A DNA stretch of 46,560 nt from a virus. A program made the translations under genes and the position numbers. The stretch lies in the IMG/VR virus record IMGVR_UViG_3300037483_001046. One strand, given 5' to 3'. The notes beneath the pieces are model-generated. The model searched no databases. It was not told the origin of the DNA and saw only the letters and a list, made by a program, of their open reading frames with translations. Positions 28,966 through 37,219 of this stretch are shown here, one piece after another. Within the stretch, counting starts at the first letter, position 1, and the number at the start of each line of letters is the position of its first letter.

Positions 28966-29013
28966 GACCATATTTTAGCAATCATTGACATCAATGTTAT
29001 GATAAAGTTTAAT

Positions 29014-29340
29014 ATGGATGAAGAACAAGAAAAAGAACTAAAAGAATTGTTCGACAAACTCGAAATACGAGACATAACAGAAGAAGACAGATTAATGGTA
29101 AAATATTCTATTCTTCTATTTCTAAAGCTTTATATTGATAATCCGCCGGAGGTAGAAAAAGAAGACATAGCGCGAGTATCTGTTTTGAAAGGGTTTTTGG
29201 AGACGATTCATCATCAAGCAGCTTTTATGAGCAAAGCTATGTCTGAAGATTTGGCAGAAAAGGCGCTAAGATGCAGCAAAATTGAAACAATCACTTTTGG
29301 GCGAGAATTCGAAGAAGAAGACCCTAAAGAGATTCATTAA
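29014..29340 (+). CDS. Hypothetical protein
   Basis: ATG 29014 avoids overlap with groEL; TTGACA upstream. Confidence 0.55.
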   Translation: MDEEQEKELKELFDKLEIRDITEEDRLMVKYSILLFLKLYIDNPPEVEKEDIARVSVLKGFLETIHHQAAFMSKAMSEDLAEKALRCSKIETITFGREFEEEDPKEIH

Positions 29341-29382
29341 ATGATTTGAAGTTGATATTTATGCTTATAGGGAAATTTTCAT

Positions 29383-29628
29383 ATGAGCATAAAAACAACA
29401 AAAGGAAACTTCAAGAAGCTTGTCCGTGAAGAGTATATGCGATTTTTACAGGAAATGGACGAAGCTCCACTTTCTGCCGCTGATCAAGATCAAATTGATG
29501 ATGTTGCCCGCGATATCGCTAAAGCGCTTATTCAAACAATTTCACAACATCCACATCTGCCATCAGACAAAGTGTTAACTGCTGTGATTGAAGACGCTCA
29601 GCAATTAGTCGCTCGACGCAACAGCTAA
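29383..29628 (+). CDS. Small protein with KTTKGNFKKLVREE leader motif
   Basis: Shared N-terminal motif; TATTTA at 29356. Confidence 0.6.
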   Translation: MSIKTTKGNFKKLVREEYMRFLQEMDEAPLSAADQDQIDDVARDIAKALIQTISQHPHLPSDKVLTAVIEDAQQLVARRNS

Positions 29629-29793
29629 TTGAGCTTTTAGTTTTTTATTTTCTTTTTCAAGTTCCGCAATTTGTTCACGAAGTCTTTCGACTTTGCGTGC
29701 TTGTTCTTTTAACTTTTGATTCGCCTCAGCAAGTTTAATTCGGTTCATGTGCGAAACTGGTAGTTTATTGATTTTACCTGATGAAGATACCAT
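29605..29793 (-). CDS. Small coiled-coil protein
   Basis: Heptad pattern in C-terminal two thirds. Confidence 0.45.
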   Translation of the reverse strand: MVSSSGKINKLPVSHMNRIKLAEANQKLKEQARKVERLREQIAELEKENKKLKAQLAVASSD

Positions 29794-29807
29794 AATAAGA
29801 TTGTATC

Positions 29808-30044
29808 ATGAAAAAGATAATATGCATAATTCTTTGTCTTTTGCCTTCTTGCGTTTCTGTGCAAAATAATATTAAAATCGATAGCGCAGTTGATTATGAC
29901 CAAAATGGCCGAATCACTAAACAAGAAATGAAACAATATATTGTTGAAATCGAAAAAGAAAAATCAAATCTGAATAAAGAAATCAAGGTTATGATTGAAC
30001 AAATGGAAGAGTGCGAGTCATATCTCATTTATGAGCACAGATAA
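29808..30044 (+). CDS. Lipoprotein with EF-hand-like loop
   Basis: Lipobox LPSC; DYDQNGRITKQE matches the 12-residue EF-hand loop. Confidence 0.6.
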   Translation: MKKIICIILCLLPSCVSVQNNIKIDSAVDYDQNGRITKQEMKQYIVEIEKEKSNLNKEIKVMIEQMEECESYLIYEHR

Positions 30045-30108
30045 TTCTTTGTTCAAAATGGCTTTCGCAGCTTCTTGTTCCCACTTTGGCCAAGATGAAA
30101 TCCATTTT

Positions 30109-30255
30109 TCAACCTTTGTTTTCTTTTTCTTTTTTCCATTTTTCATAATTGACCCATTTCGCATAATTGCAGCCACATCTTGGACATGAGATAGGTTGCG
30201 GCCAATATTCCCATATATGGTTGCAAGCGACACATTTATATTTAGCATAAAACAA
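30109..30255 (-). CDS. Small zinc-ribbon protein (start uncertain, abuts the CRISPR cassette)
   Basis: YKCVACNHIW...CPRCGC; the tracked ATG 30309 lies inside a CRISPR repeat, TTG 30255 possible. Confidence 0.55.
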   Translation of the reverse strand: MFYAKYKCVACNHIWEYWPQPISCPRCGCNYAKWVNYEKWKKEKENKG

Positions 30256-30297
30256 ATTTTCTAGTTTCGTTGAGTGCAAGAGTCTACGCCTGCGTGC

Positions 30298-30479
30298 GTG
30301 CCAACACATTGCCCTCTCGGAGCCCGTTGCGAGCTTAAGTTATTTGGTTAGCTTAGACCTAACCCTGTGGTGCCAACACATTGCCCTCTCGGAGCCCGTT
30401 GCGAGTCGGGGGAGGATGCTTCTTGGGCGATCAATGCTTGGCTGTGCCAACACATTGCCCTCTCGGAGCCCGTTGCGAG
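30298..30479 (-). CRISPR. CRISPR mini-array: 3 identical 36-bp repeats, 2 spacers (36 and 38 bp)
   Basis: Repeat GTGCCAACACATTGCCCTCTCGGAGCCCGTTGCGAG (+) at 30298-30333, 30370-30405, 30444-30479; unique spacers 30334-30369 and 30406-30443; orientation inferred from adjacent nuclease gene. Confidence 0.92.
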
Positions 30480-30589
30480 CGCCTCCTGAGTCGCGCAAAA
30501 ACGGCCATTTGGAGCATTTTTGCACCAAATGTTTTGGCACGCGGGGTTGGGCGTGACAGATCCCCGGTCTTGCGTGCTTTTTGCTCCCT

Positions 30590-30798
30590 GATCTCCCAAT
30601 GGCCTCCGAGTTGGTAATGTGTCGGGGCGGTTCTCCGCCCCATTCAAATGCATCGATCCCGGCGTCCGCCAGGGAGCCACATGTCTCCTCAAAGGTTGCA
30701 CATATGGTTTTGTATCCCTCTCCCCGGAATGGGGGAGACTGTCTGCCCGGCATATGGCCATGCCGGTTCCCGACGCTTTCACGGCGGAGAAGTCGTTT
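30590..30798 (-). ncRNA. Putative tracrRNA (omegaRNA-derived scaffold) with anti-repeat
   Basis: 30593-30628 matches the reverse complement of the repeat at 27/36 without gaps; hairpins at 30624-30641, 30719-30738, 30747-30766; boundaries approximate. Confidence 0.75.
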
Positions 30799-32277
30799 TT
30801 ATCGAGATGCACGTTTATATCCTAGCTGTCCCTGACCTTCAAGGGTCTCAGAAGCATTTTCATCCCGATCCTGTTTGTGACCGCAAGACGGACACGAGAA
30901 GCGGCGGTCGTTCATCCCGAGCCTCTCATACCCTTCTCGCCGATATCCGCATTGCGAGCAAGTTTGTGTGCTTGGAAAATTTTTGGGAACTTTCGTAATT
31001 GCCGTCCCCGTCCGTTCGCTTTTATATTCAAGTTGGGAAAAAAATCGTCCTGGAGCATTTCTGCTGATTGCGCGATTGAGACCGGCCTTTTGTTTCACGT
31101 TTTTTTGCCGACCTTTAGCGCGGGGAAGATTGATCGTCTCGCACACGACCTCACCAAACTTACGCGTCAAAACGTAACTCGCATGATGTTGCGCATGTAA
31201 TTGAATAGCCGTGCGCTTCTTTTGTAAACGCTGTCTTTTAGCATCCAGGATCTTGTACCGACGGGATGGCTCTCGATATGCACGATTCTTCTTCGGCGTG
31301 CGATCCCGATTCCTTCCGCTATCAATCCCCTTTGGCCCTTCCATTCGGCTGAGCTGAGACTTGATCTTATCAATCTCCCTGTCTAGCTCAATGACACTTT
31401 TAGGAATCCGAAGCGTTGTTCTATCACTAACCGTGGCGAAGGTTTTAACACCCCAATCAACACCTGCAATCTTTTTCCTAGGATGAACCACTGGAAGCTC
31501 TTCAATATTAACGACAAGCGAGCACCAGACGCGTCCCCTGTCGTAAAAGACCGTCACCTCTCTCGGCTTGGCACCATTTGGAATCCACCCCGAAAGTTTT
31601 CTACTTGATTTTATTCCATCTTTTGTGAATAGTGGAATTCGAATAACGTCACCATCCCACTTCGCCCGCGGCGCTGACATAGTATAGGTGCTTCCGGTTT
31701 TGACCGACCGAAACCGCGGCCTCCCTTTTTTCCACAACCCTGGCTCGCTCTCAGTTTTGGGCTGATAATCTTTCTTCCAACGCTTGGCCGCCAAAAGACA
31801 ATCATCAACCCCGGAAACTATCGCATGACTATGGATATCAACGACACCGAACCAGGGCATAGAACGGATTTTAGAATCGACAAATTTTCTGACATCCTTA
31901 TCCGAAGGCAAGAACAGTTTTTTACCAGGACGAGCATGTTCACGAATATAAGCCAATGCCTCATTGTAAGCCTCATCTCGCGCCGACCAATTATTTGCCA
32001 ACACTCGCATCTGCTCTGAAGTTGGAGAGAGGGGGATTTTGAATGCCCTCTTGTGGATTTTCGGAGAGGTTTTAGGATCAGCCCTAATGTACCCGCCATT
32101 AACATGTCTTATCTCAATGGCATTGTCCTTGCGCTTCTTTAGACTTCCGATAGCACCTCTTATATTCCAATTCCTCCCGCCAGGGTCCCCAGAACATAGG
32201 ACATCATCTTTAGATATAAATTGCCCAGGCTTCAGGGACTCGAATACAAGAACAAATTTTTCCGTCTCAGGTTTCAC
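30799..32277 (-). CDS. tnpB: CRISPR-associated TnpB/Cas12f-like RNA-guided nuclease, 492 aa, with N-terminal extension
   Basis: RAFKIPLSPTSEQ..YNEAL (OrfB N-terminus), RuvC-I AGVDWG, RuvC-II VVCETINL, PSTQTCSQCG..FSCPSCG zinc finger, RuvC-III DRDENAS. Confidence 0.92.
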   Translation of the reverse strand: MKPETEKFVLVFESLKPGQFISKDDVLCSGDPGGRNWNIRGAIGSLKKRKDNAIEIRHVNGGYIRADPKTSPKIHKRAFKIPLSPTSEQMRVLANNWSARDEAYNEALAYIREHARPGKKLFLPSDKDVRKFVDSKIRSMPWFGVVDIHSHAIVSGVDDCLLAAKRWKKDYQPKTESEPGLWKKGRPRFRSVKTGSTYTMSAPRAKWDGDVIRIPLFTKDGIKSSRKLSGWIPNGAKPREVTVFYDRGRVWCSLVVNIEELPVVHPRKKIAGVDWGVKTFATVSDRTTLRIPKSVIELDREIDKIKSQLSRMEGPKGIDSGRNRDRTPKKNRAYREPSRRYKILDAKRQRLQKKRTAIQLHAQHHASYVLTRKFGEVVCETINLPRAKGRQKNVKQKAGLNRAISRNAPGRFFSQLEYKSERTGTAITKVPKNFPSTQTCSQCGYRREGYERLGMNDRRFSCPSCGHKQDRDENASETLEGQGQLGYKRASR

Positions 32278-32296
32278 TTCATTATTCTACTTGAAT

Positions 32297-32318
32297 CACC
32301 GCCATTTTTATGGCGATG
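32297..32318. promoter_or_regulatory. Inverted repeat upstream of the nuclease gene (operator or element-end hairpin)
   Basis: CAcCGCCAT-TTTT-ATGGCGaTG, about 20 bp before the GTG start, next to a TAGAAT -10-like hexamer on the minus strand. Confidence 0.45.
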
Positions 32319-32329
32319 CACGAGTTTCC

Positions 32330-33103
32330 AAGATTTTTATTTCATCAAAAGCAATTGAAAAGATCAAAGGACAATGGAGCGGAACTCAAAATATTTTTGA
32401 TGTTTACCTTCTCAATGTCCCAAAACTAAACAAAGCAGAATATAGAGAATATGGAGTTGTTGATCCTGGTGGTGAAATAGCCCAAGCTATTGAGCAGGCA
32501 ATAGGTGAACCGATGCCTAATCGTCCAGATGCAATAACAATTCTATTTAATGGAAACTATGGAGCAGAAAAAGTTCCAATGACAGGATGGATAATGGCTC
32601 ATAGATTGGGGCACGCGATAAGAAGGTCCCAGGCTTGGGAAAATTATGTAAAAGAAGTCAATTATGTTTTTCAAGAGATTTTAGAATACTATTACAATAT
32701 TAGAAACATATTTGTGCGCGCATATCGAGATCGAACACTTGGGGATAATGCGATTGAACCCGCTCCATATCCAAAAGGTCGAGACGAAACACAAATATTA
32801 CTAAGACTTATAGAACAGTTAATGATATTTAAGTCAGCAAGAGAGAAAAAAATAAACAGATATTATGAAGTTTATTATGAAATGCTTGCTCAATATCTGC
32901 TAACCGGAAACATTAAGTTCAGTCCATTGCCTATGAATCTCGTTATAAGAAATGAACCATTCGGAAGAAAAGGGTATAAGCAATCTGTTGGGGAAGATGC
33001 TCTTGAAGAACTAAATGAAATGTTGCCAGGATTTGCAGAAGGAATTGAAGCACGGCTTAAGGCCGCTTTAGATGGAGCCGTTGGAAAAACGTTTTTAATG
33101 TGA
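32330..33103 (+). pseudogene. Phage hypothetical gene apparently lacking its 5' end
   Basis: Protein-like AT-rich sequence (KAIEKIK..W..WIMAHRLGHA) starts abruptly at the cassette edge with no in-frame ATG/RBS nearby; the tracked N-terminus is just antisense of the nuclease gene. Confidence 0.55.
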
Positions 33104-33822
33104 TGATGCTTCTTGAAAACATAATCCAAAGACTGTTGGAAACAAGCACACTTAATGGCATTTATAAAGGCCGCCAAAAGGGTGAGAAACGTTTCCATCC
33201 CAGAGGCTTCGCTTGCGCCTTACCTGTCGGAGAAGCTAGTACAATGAATCCTCCTGCTCCTAAAATAGGAGAGCCCGTTGAGGTTACAATAACGGATGAT
33301 CACCTAAAAAAGATGCGTTGGCTTGAAATGCGATTTAAAGAGCAAAGAAATGCTGCAAGGGCAAGAAAGGGACTATCAGAAGCTTGGATAGATGATCCGG
33401 AAGATCCAGCAAAGAAAAGAAGGGATGATGTGTTTAAGCACATGTTTGGCCAAGAGAGGGAAGAGCCAGCAAAGCCAAAGACAAAACATGTTTCTAATGA
33501 TGCATGGGGACACATTTATGTTGATGATGAACCCATTGGATATATTGATGTTGATGATGTAGAATCACCAGATGGTGGAGCTATCCTTGGGCATGCTGTT
33601 AAATATGTCATTGAAACTCCCCCAAAAGGAGGATGGAAGGTCGCAATGTTCAAGGGTCCAAAAACTTATTGGATTGACGAAAAAAACAATTGGGAAGTTG
33701 ACAATCTTCACCATTTTGATTATTACTCTGGATGGCTTGAGTCTTATGAGGAAGTTGAAAGCAAAGCTTATGAGTTACTTATTATGCTTGGTGTAAGCAA
33801 GCATAGAGTAAGATTGCGTTAA
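33100..33822 (+). CDS. Hypothetical protein with LENIIQRLLE leader
   Basis: Overlaps upstream stop; 240 aa. Confidence 0.65.
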   Translation: MMMLLENIIQRLLETSTLNGIYKGRQKGEKRFHPRGFACALPVGEASTMNPPAPKIGEPVEVTITDDHLKKMRWLEMRFKEQRNAARARKGLSEAWIDDPEDPAKKRRDDVFKHMFGQEREEPAKPKTKHVSNDAWGHIYVDDEPIGYIDVDDVESPDGGAILGHAVKYVIETPPKGGWKVAMFKGPKTYWIDEKNNWEVDNLHHFDYYSGWLESYEEVESKAYELLIMLGVSKHRVRLR

Positions 33823-34015
33823 AACATAATTGAGCCATAGTATTTGGATTCCCTTTCAATAAAAAAGCATCAATTCCGTCAAATGACAAAATATATCGAT
33901 AACGTCGACATTTTGACCCCCATTTGTCAGGTATCATATCTGTAACATCTAAAATTTTAGACATGTTACATTTATATAGATACCAACTCAAATTTTTATG
34001 ATATATTTTGTCGAG

Positions 34016-34528
34016 ATGAAAAAATTAGCTTTATTGATTATTCCTTCACTATTCTTGATGGGCTGCAACGAGCCCACCACGAATACGAATCCAAGAGACG
34101 GAAGAGTTTGCGATCTTGGATGCACATACACAATGGGATGGTATAAAAATCATGAAGATTGGCCAGTCAACCCAAATACCCAATTATGTGGTAAAACCTG
34201 GGAAGAATGGCTTGATACCCAACCCAATGGAGATGGCTGGATTGTCCTTGCTCACCAGTGGATCACCGCAACAATGAATGTCCTTAACGGCGCATATGCC
34301 GACCAGGAAGTTCAGGCCGCATTAGCTGATGCCGCAACAATCATCTATTCTTGCAACGCCAATGATAAGCAGGAAGCAACCGCTCTCGCAACCGTTCTTG
34401 ATGATTTTAATAATGGACTCAAGAGCGCCCCACATTGTGATGACGCAGAAGAAAGCGGATCAGGCGATGGCGGCGGAAGCGGATCAGGCGGCGATGATGG
34501 AGTTGACAACGATAACGATAAACACTAA
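34016..34528 (+). CDS. Lipoprotein with TxGWYKNH motif and Gly/Ser/Asp tail
   Basis: Lipobox LMGC; CTYTMGWYKNH..WP, LAHQWITA..N, LDDFNNG..PHC. Confidence 0.7.
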   Translation: MKKLALLIIPSLFLMGCNEPTTNTNPRDGRVCDLGCTYTMGWYKNHEDWPVNPNTQLCGKTWEEWLDTQPNGDGWIVLAHQWITATMNVLNGAYADQEVQAALADAATIIYSCNANDKQEATALATVLDDFNNGLKSAPHCDDAEESGSGDGGGSGSGGDDGVDNDNDKH

Positions 34529-34531
34529 GCA

Positions 34532-36193
34532 CTAAGCAATAAAATTCAAAATATCTTCTTTAGAATTTTGAATTGAGCCAGCATGAATGGCTCGCATAAT
34601 ATCAACCTGGGTTTGCCCGATTTCTTTACCGTGCAAGCCCATTTTTGCGAGTTCTCCACCACTTACAGCCAACTCTTTCATCTTCAATGGAAGAGCTAAT
34701 GCCCGGTTGATCCGAACCGCCGCATCTTCAAATGTCTCATTCTTTGTTGACTCATAAAGCTGATTGAAAGCTTCTGCCAATGTTGAAAGGATGTTCCTCT
34801 TTCCCCATCTCCAAATATCTGATTCATTATTGACAATCTTCTTTGCAGTCTCCAAATGGGCCATCATCTCATTCGTTGGTTTCATTTGCATGGGATCTCC
34901 ACCACGCAAGAAGAATGCCACAAAATTGCCCATTGCCTTGTCTTTTGCGTCGCCGGTCATTTGGATGGCATAAGGCTCAAAGTCTTCCCCAAAAATAGCC
35001 TCTCCAACATTCAAATTCTTAAGCAAATTAACAAAAGTTTCTGAATCAGCTTTCCCTTTCGTCCATGCTTTTACAAACTCAATCAATATTCTTTCGCCAG
35101 AAATGACCTGAAATAAGTCCAAATGATCTTTGATTGCTTTTGCCGTATTTTGTTCGATATTGAATCCGAAACGAGAAGCAAATTGCAAAGCTCTAAGCAT
35201 TCTTAGCGGATCCTCACGAAATCTTTCATGAGGATTGCCAACGGCTCTTACAATCTTGTTTTTTATGTCATTTAGCCCGCCAAATTTATCAATAACTTGG
35301 CCTTGGCTATCTCTAGCCAATGCATTGAACGTAAAATCTCGACGCCCCAAATCTGACTCAACCGATGCATAAGGGTCAGAATCAATATCTACTTCAGCGT
35401 GACCGGCTCCCGTTGACGTTTCCGAGGTTCTTGGAATCGTAATATCGAATTCTTGACCATCTATATTGAATTTGAGCATGTGCAATTTGCCGCCAATATC
35501 TTGATCAATGACCCTCCCAATTGGAGAAAGAGCGTCTTTTATGGCCGGGAAATCAAGATTTCTAACAAGAATATCGATATCTTTGCTTTCAAATCCCATT
35601 TCAGCATCGCGGACAGATCCGCCAACCATGTAAACTTCGCCGCCAGCATTTGTAATGGCAGCTTCAACTTTTTCAATCGTTTCGCGGCTTGCCGCTTCTT
35701 TGAGAAGTCTTTTCATAATTCTAAATGATATTTCTTCAAGCTCACTCGGCATTGGGTGAGCAACAAAATCAACCCCAAGCTTTCTAGCACATTTTTCATA
35801 GACCTTCAAGCCATCCAGGTTGTCTTCCCACATATGAACGACTTGAACGTTGTTAAAGTTATTGAGAAGGTCTTCAATGTATCTGCATTTATATTTCTCT
35901 ACAGGATCTTCTTCTTCATCATTCGTAATCAACTCATCGGGAACAATGTCAGCTCTTAATAGGAGATTTTCGACCTCATAACGAACATCCAGATTTCTGC
36001 CAGTCATAACGACCACATAAATATTTGGATTTTCAATTGATGCTTTTATGTCTTCAACTGTTTTTGAGATATAGAGAGAATCTAGATCTCCTATATTTTG
36101 AAGAGATTTTGGATCGTACCAATCTCCATTTGGAGGTTTAGGACTTTTGAATATTGTTCCATCAAAATCGAAAATATGCAGTTCGGAAAACAT
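34532..36193 (-). CDS. cca: HAD phosphatase (RNA-repair type) fused to class II tRNA nucleotidyltransferase (CCA-adding/poly(A) polymerase family)
   Basis: N-term LHIFDFDGTIFKSP, MTGR, K, WED; C-term VGGSVRD, DIDI, RRDFTFNA, RFREDPLRMLRA, ERI. Confidence 0.88.
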   Translation of the reverse strand: MFSELHIFDFDGTIFKSPKPPNGDWYDPKSLQNIGDLDSLYISKTVEDIKASIENPNIYVVVMTGRNLDVRYEVENLLLRADIVPDELITNDEEEDPVEKYKCRYIEDLLNNFNNVQVVHMWEDNLDGLKVYEKCARKLGVDFVAHPMPSELEEISFRIMKRLLKEAASRETIEKVEAAITNAGGEVYMVGGSVRDAEMGFESKDIDILVRNLDFPAIKDALSPIGRVIDQDIGGKLHMLKFNIDGQEFDITIPRTSETSTGAGHAEVDIDSDPYASVESDLGRRDFTFNALARDSQGQVIDKFGGLNDIKNKIVRAVGNPHERFREDPLRMLRALQFASRFGFNIEQNTAKAIKDHLDLFQVISGERILIEFVKAWTKGKADSETFVNLLKNLNVGEAIFGEDFEPYAIQMTGDAKDKAMGNFVAFFLRGGDPMQMKPTNEMMAHLETAKKIVNNESDIWRWGKRNILSTLAEAFNQLYESTKNETFEDAAVRINRALALPLKMKELAVSGGELAKMGLHGKEIGQTQVDIMRAIHAGSIQNSKEDILNFIA

Positions 36194-36194
36194 C

Positions 36195-36407
36195 CTACAA
36201 TAAATATCGAGGATTTTTCATAGATTCATTATGGGCCTTGATTATCGCTTTTGCCAAGCTTTTATCTTTGCCAATTATATCTTTTGTTTTCTTATGAATA
36301 ACAAGAAATCCGGGAACAACGTCCCAGATTTCAAAGTTTGATTCCAATATTAATAATGCTAAAGAAGATCGGTTCATTGCTTGTTTTGGAAATATAATTC
36401 CACCCAA
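36195..36407 (-). CDS. Small hypothetical protein
   Basis: Operon packing. Confidence 0.45.
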   Translation of the reverse strand: MGGIIFPKQAMNRSSLALLILESNFEIWDVVPGFLVIHKKTKDIIGKDKSLAKAIIKAHNESMKNPRYLL

Positions 36408-36583
36408 GAAATTTTATCATAGTCTTTCTTTTCTTTACGAACAGCTAAAATTAGCCCTCTATTTTCCATTTCCTTCATCAAATTAACAACTTCTTCCATG
36501 GATTGGCATTCACGATTCCCCAACTCTTTGGCATTATCAAGGTTTTTGGGTCCATTTAACAATTCTCTAAGCACATATTTCAT
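36374..36583 (-). CDS. Small wHTH-like protein
   Basis: V...MKEMENRGLI followed by beta-wing-like segment. Confidence 0.45.
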   Translation of the reverse strand: MKYVLRELLNGPKNLDNAKELGNRECQSMEEVVNLMKEMENRGLILAVRKEKKDYDKISWVELYFQNKQ

Positions 36584-36602
36584 GCTTTATTGTATCACAA
36601 AT

Positions 36603-37217
36603 TTACCAATCAAGAATTAGTTTGTCCCCTCTCTTCCATCCCTTTTGATATTTTTTGAGTTCTTCTGATCTTGGATCTACCAATTTCGAATCAGGAATGT
36701 CCGAAACTTCAAATAAAGTTGTGTAAGAAATTTTTCCTAAAAATTCTTTTTTATTTGGTTTCCATTTTAAATTTCTATCATAAAAATGAGGTTGATAATA
36801 GCCTGGGGACTGGACATAAGAATCGCCACCACGCATTGGTTTTCCATCTTTGTAAAAATAGTCTGTATGGTTTCCGACATGTAGTTGAAATTCTCTATGG
36901 TGTTTTATTGCTTCTTCATGGTTTTCAAGAATGTATACGTCATAGATCCTCTCTTCGAAATCATACATTTCATCTTCAAAATGGAATTCAAGTAAATCCC
37001 AAATGTTTTCTGATTCTTCGCCATTATTGTCTAAGGCAAAAAGTTTTTCTTGGATTTTTTTGAAGTCATCTTTAAGAACCCATTTATTACCACAATCTGG
37101 TTCCGCTTCAAAAAAGACAAAATCGTGTGTTTTATTTAGTTTCCCAACACCTGACAATAATCCATCATAGTAGCCTAGATGGAAAAGAAGTCTAATATCT
37201 CCTGCTTTAAAATCCAT
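36603..37217 (-). CDS. Hypothetical protein
   Basis: YYDGLLSG and VGNHTDY segments; AAGGA RBS. Confidence 0.65.
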   Translation of the reverse strand: MDFKAGDIRLLFHLGYYDGLLSGVGKLNKTHDFVFFEAEPDCGNKWVLKDDFKKIQEKLFALDNNGEESENIWDLLEFHFEDEMYDFEERIYDVYILENHEEAIKHHREFQLHVGNHTDYFYKDGKPMRGGDSYVQSPGYYQPHFYDRNLKWKPNKKEFLGKISYTTLFEVSDIPDSKLVDPRSEELKKYQKGWKRGDKLILDW

Positions 37218-37219
37218 TT

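Noticed and set aside
30334-30443. Self-targeting of the spacers within this window
   Set aside because: No match noticed by eye on either strand; an alignment is needed to exclude partial matches
30340-31373. Many overlapping ORFs over the array, tracr region and antisense to the nuclease
   Set aside because: Products of GC-rich repeat/ncRNA sequence; translations contain the repeat itself (CWH, LATGSERA) and no protein motifs
30275-32327. TGCAAGAGT (30275) vs TGCACGAGT (32317) as a target-site duplication or element ends
   Set aside because: Short and imperfect; can arise by chance; no transposase to support it
32039-32329. N-terminal ~97 aa of the tracked 354-aa ORF
   Set aside because: Antisense to the nuclease 5' end and its promoter; composition differs from the rest of the ORF
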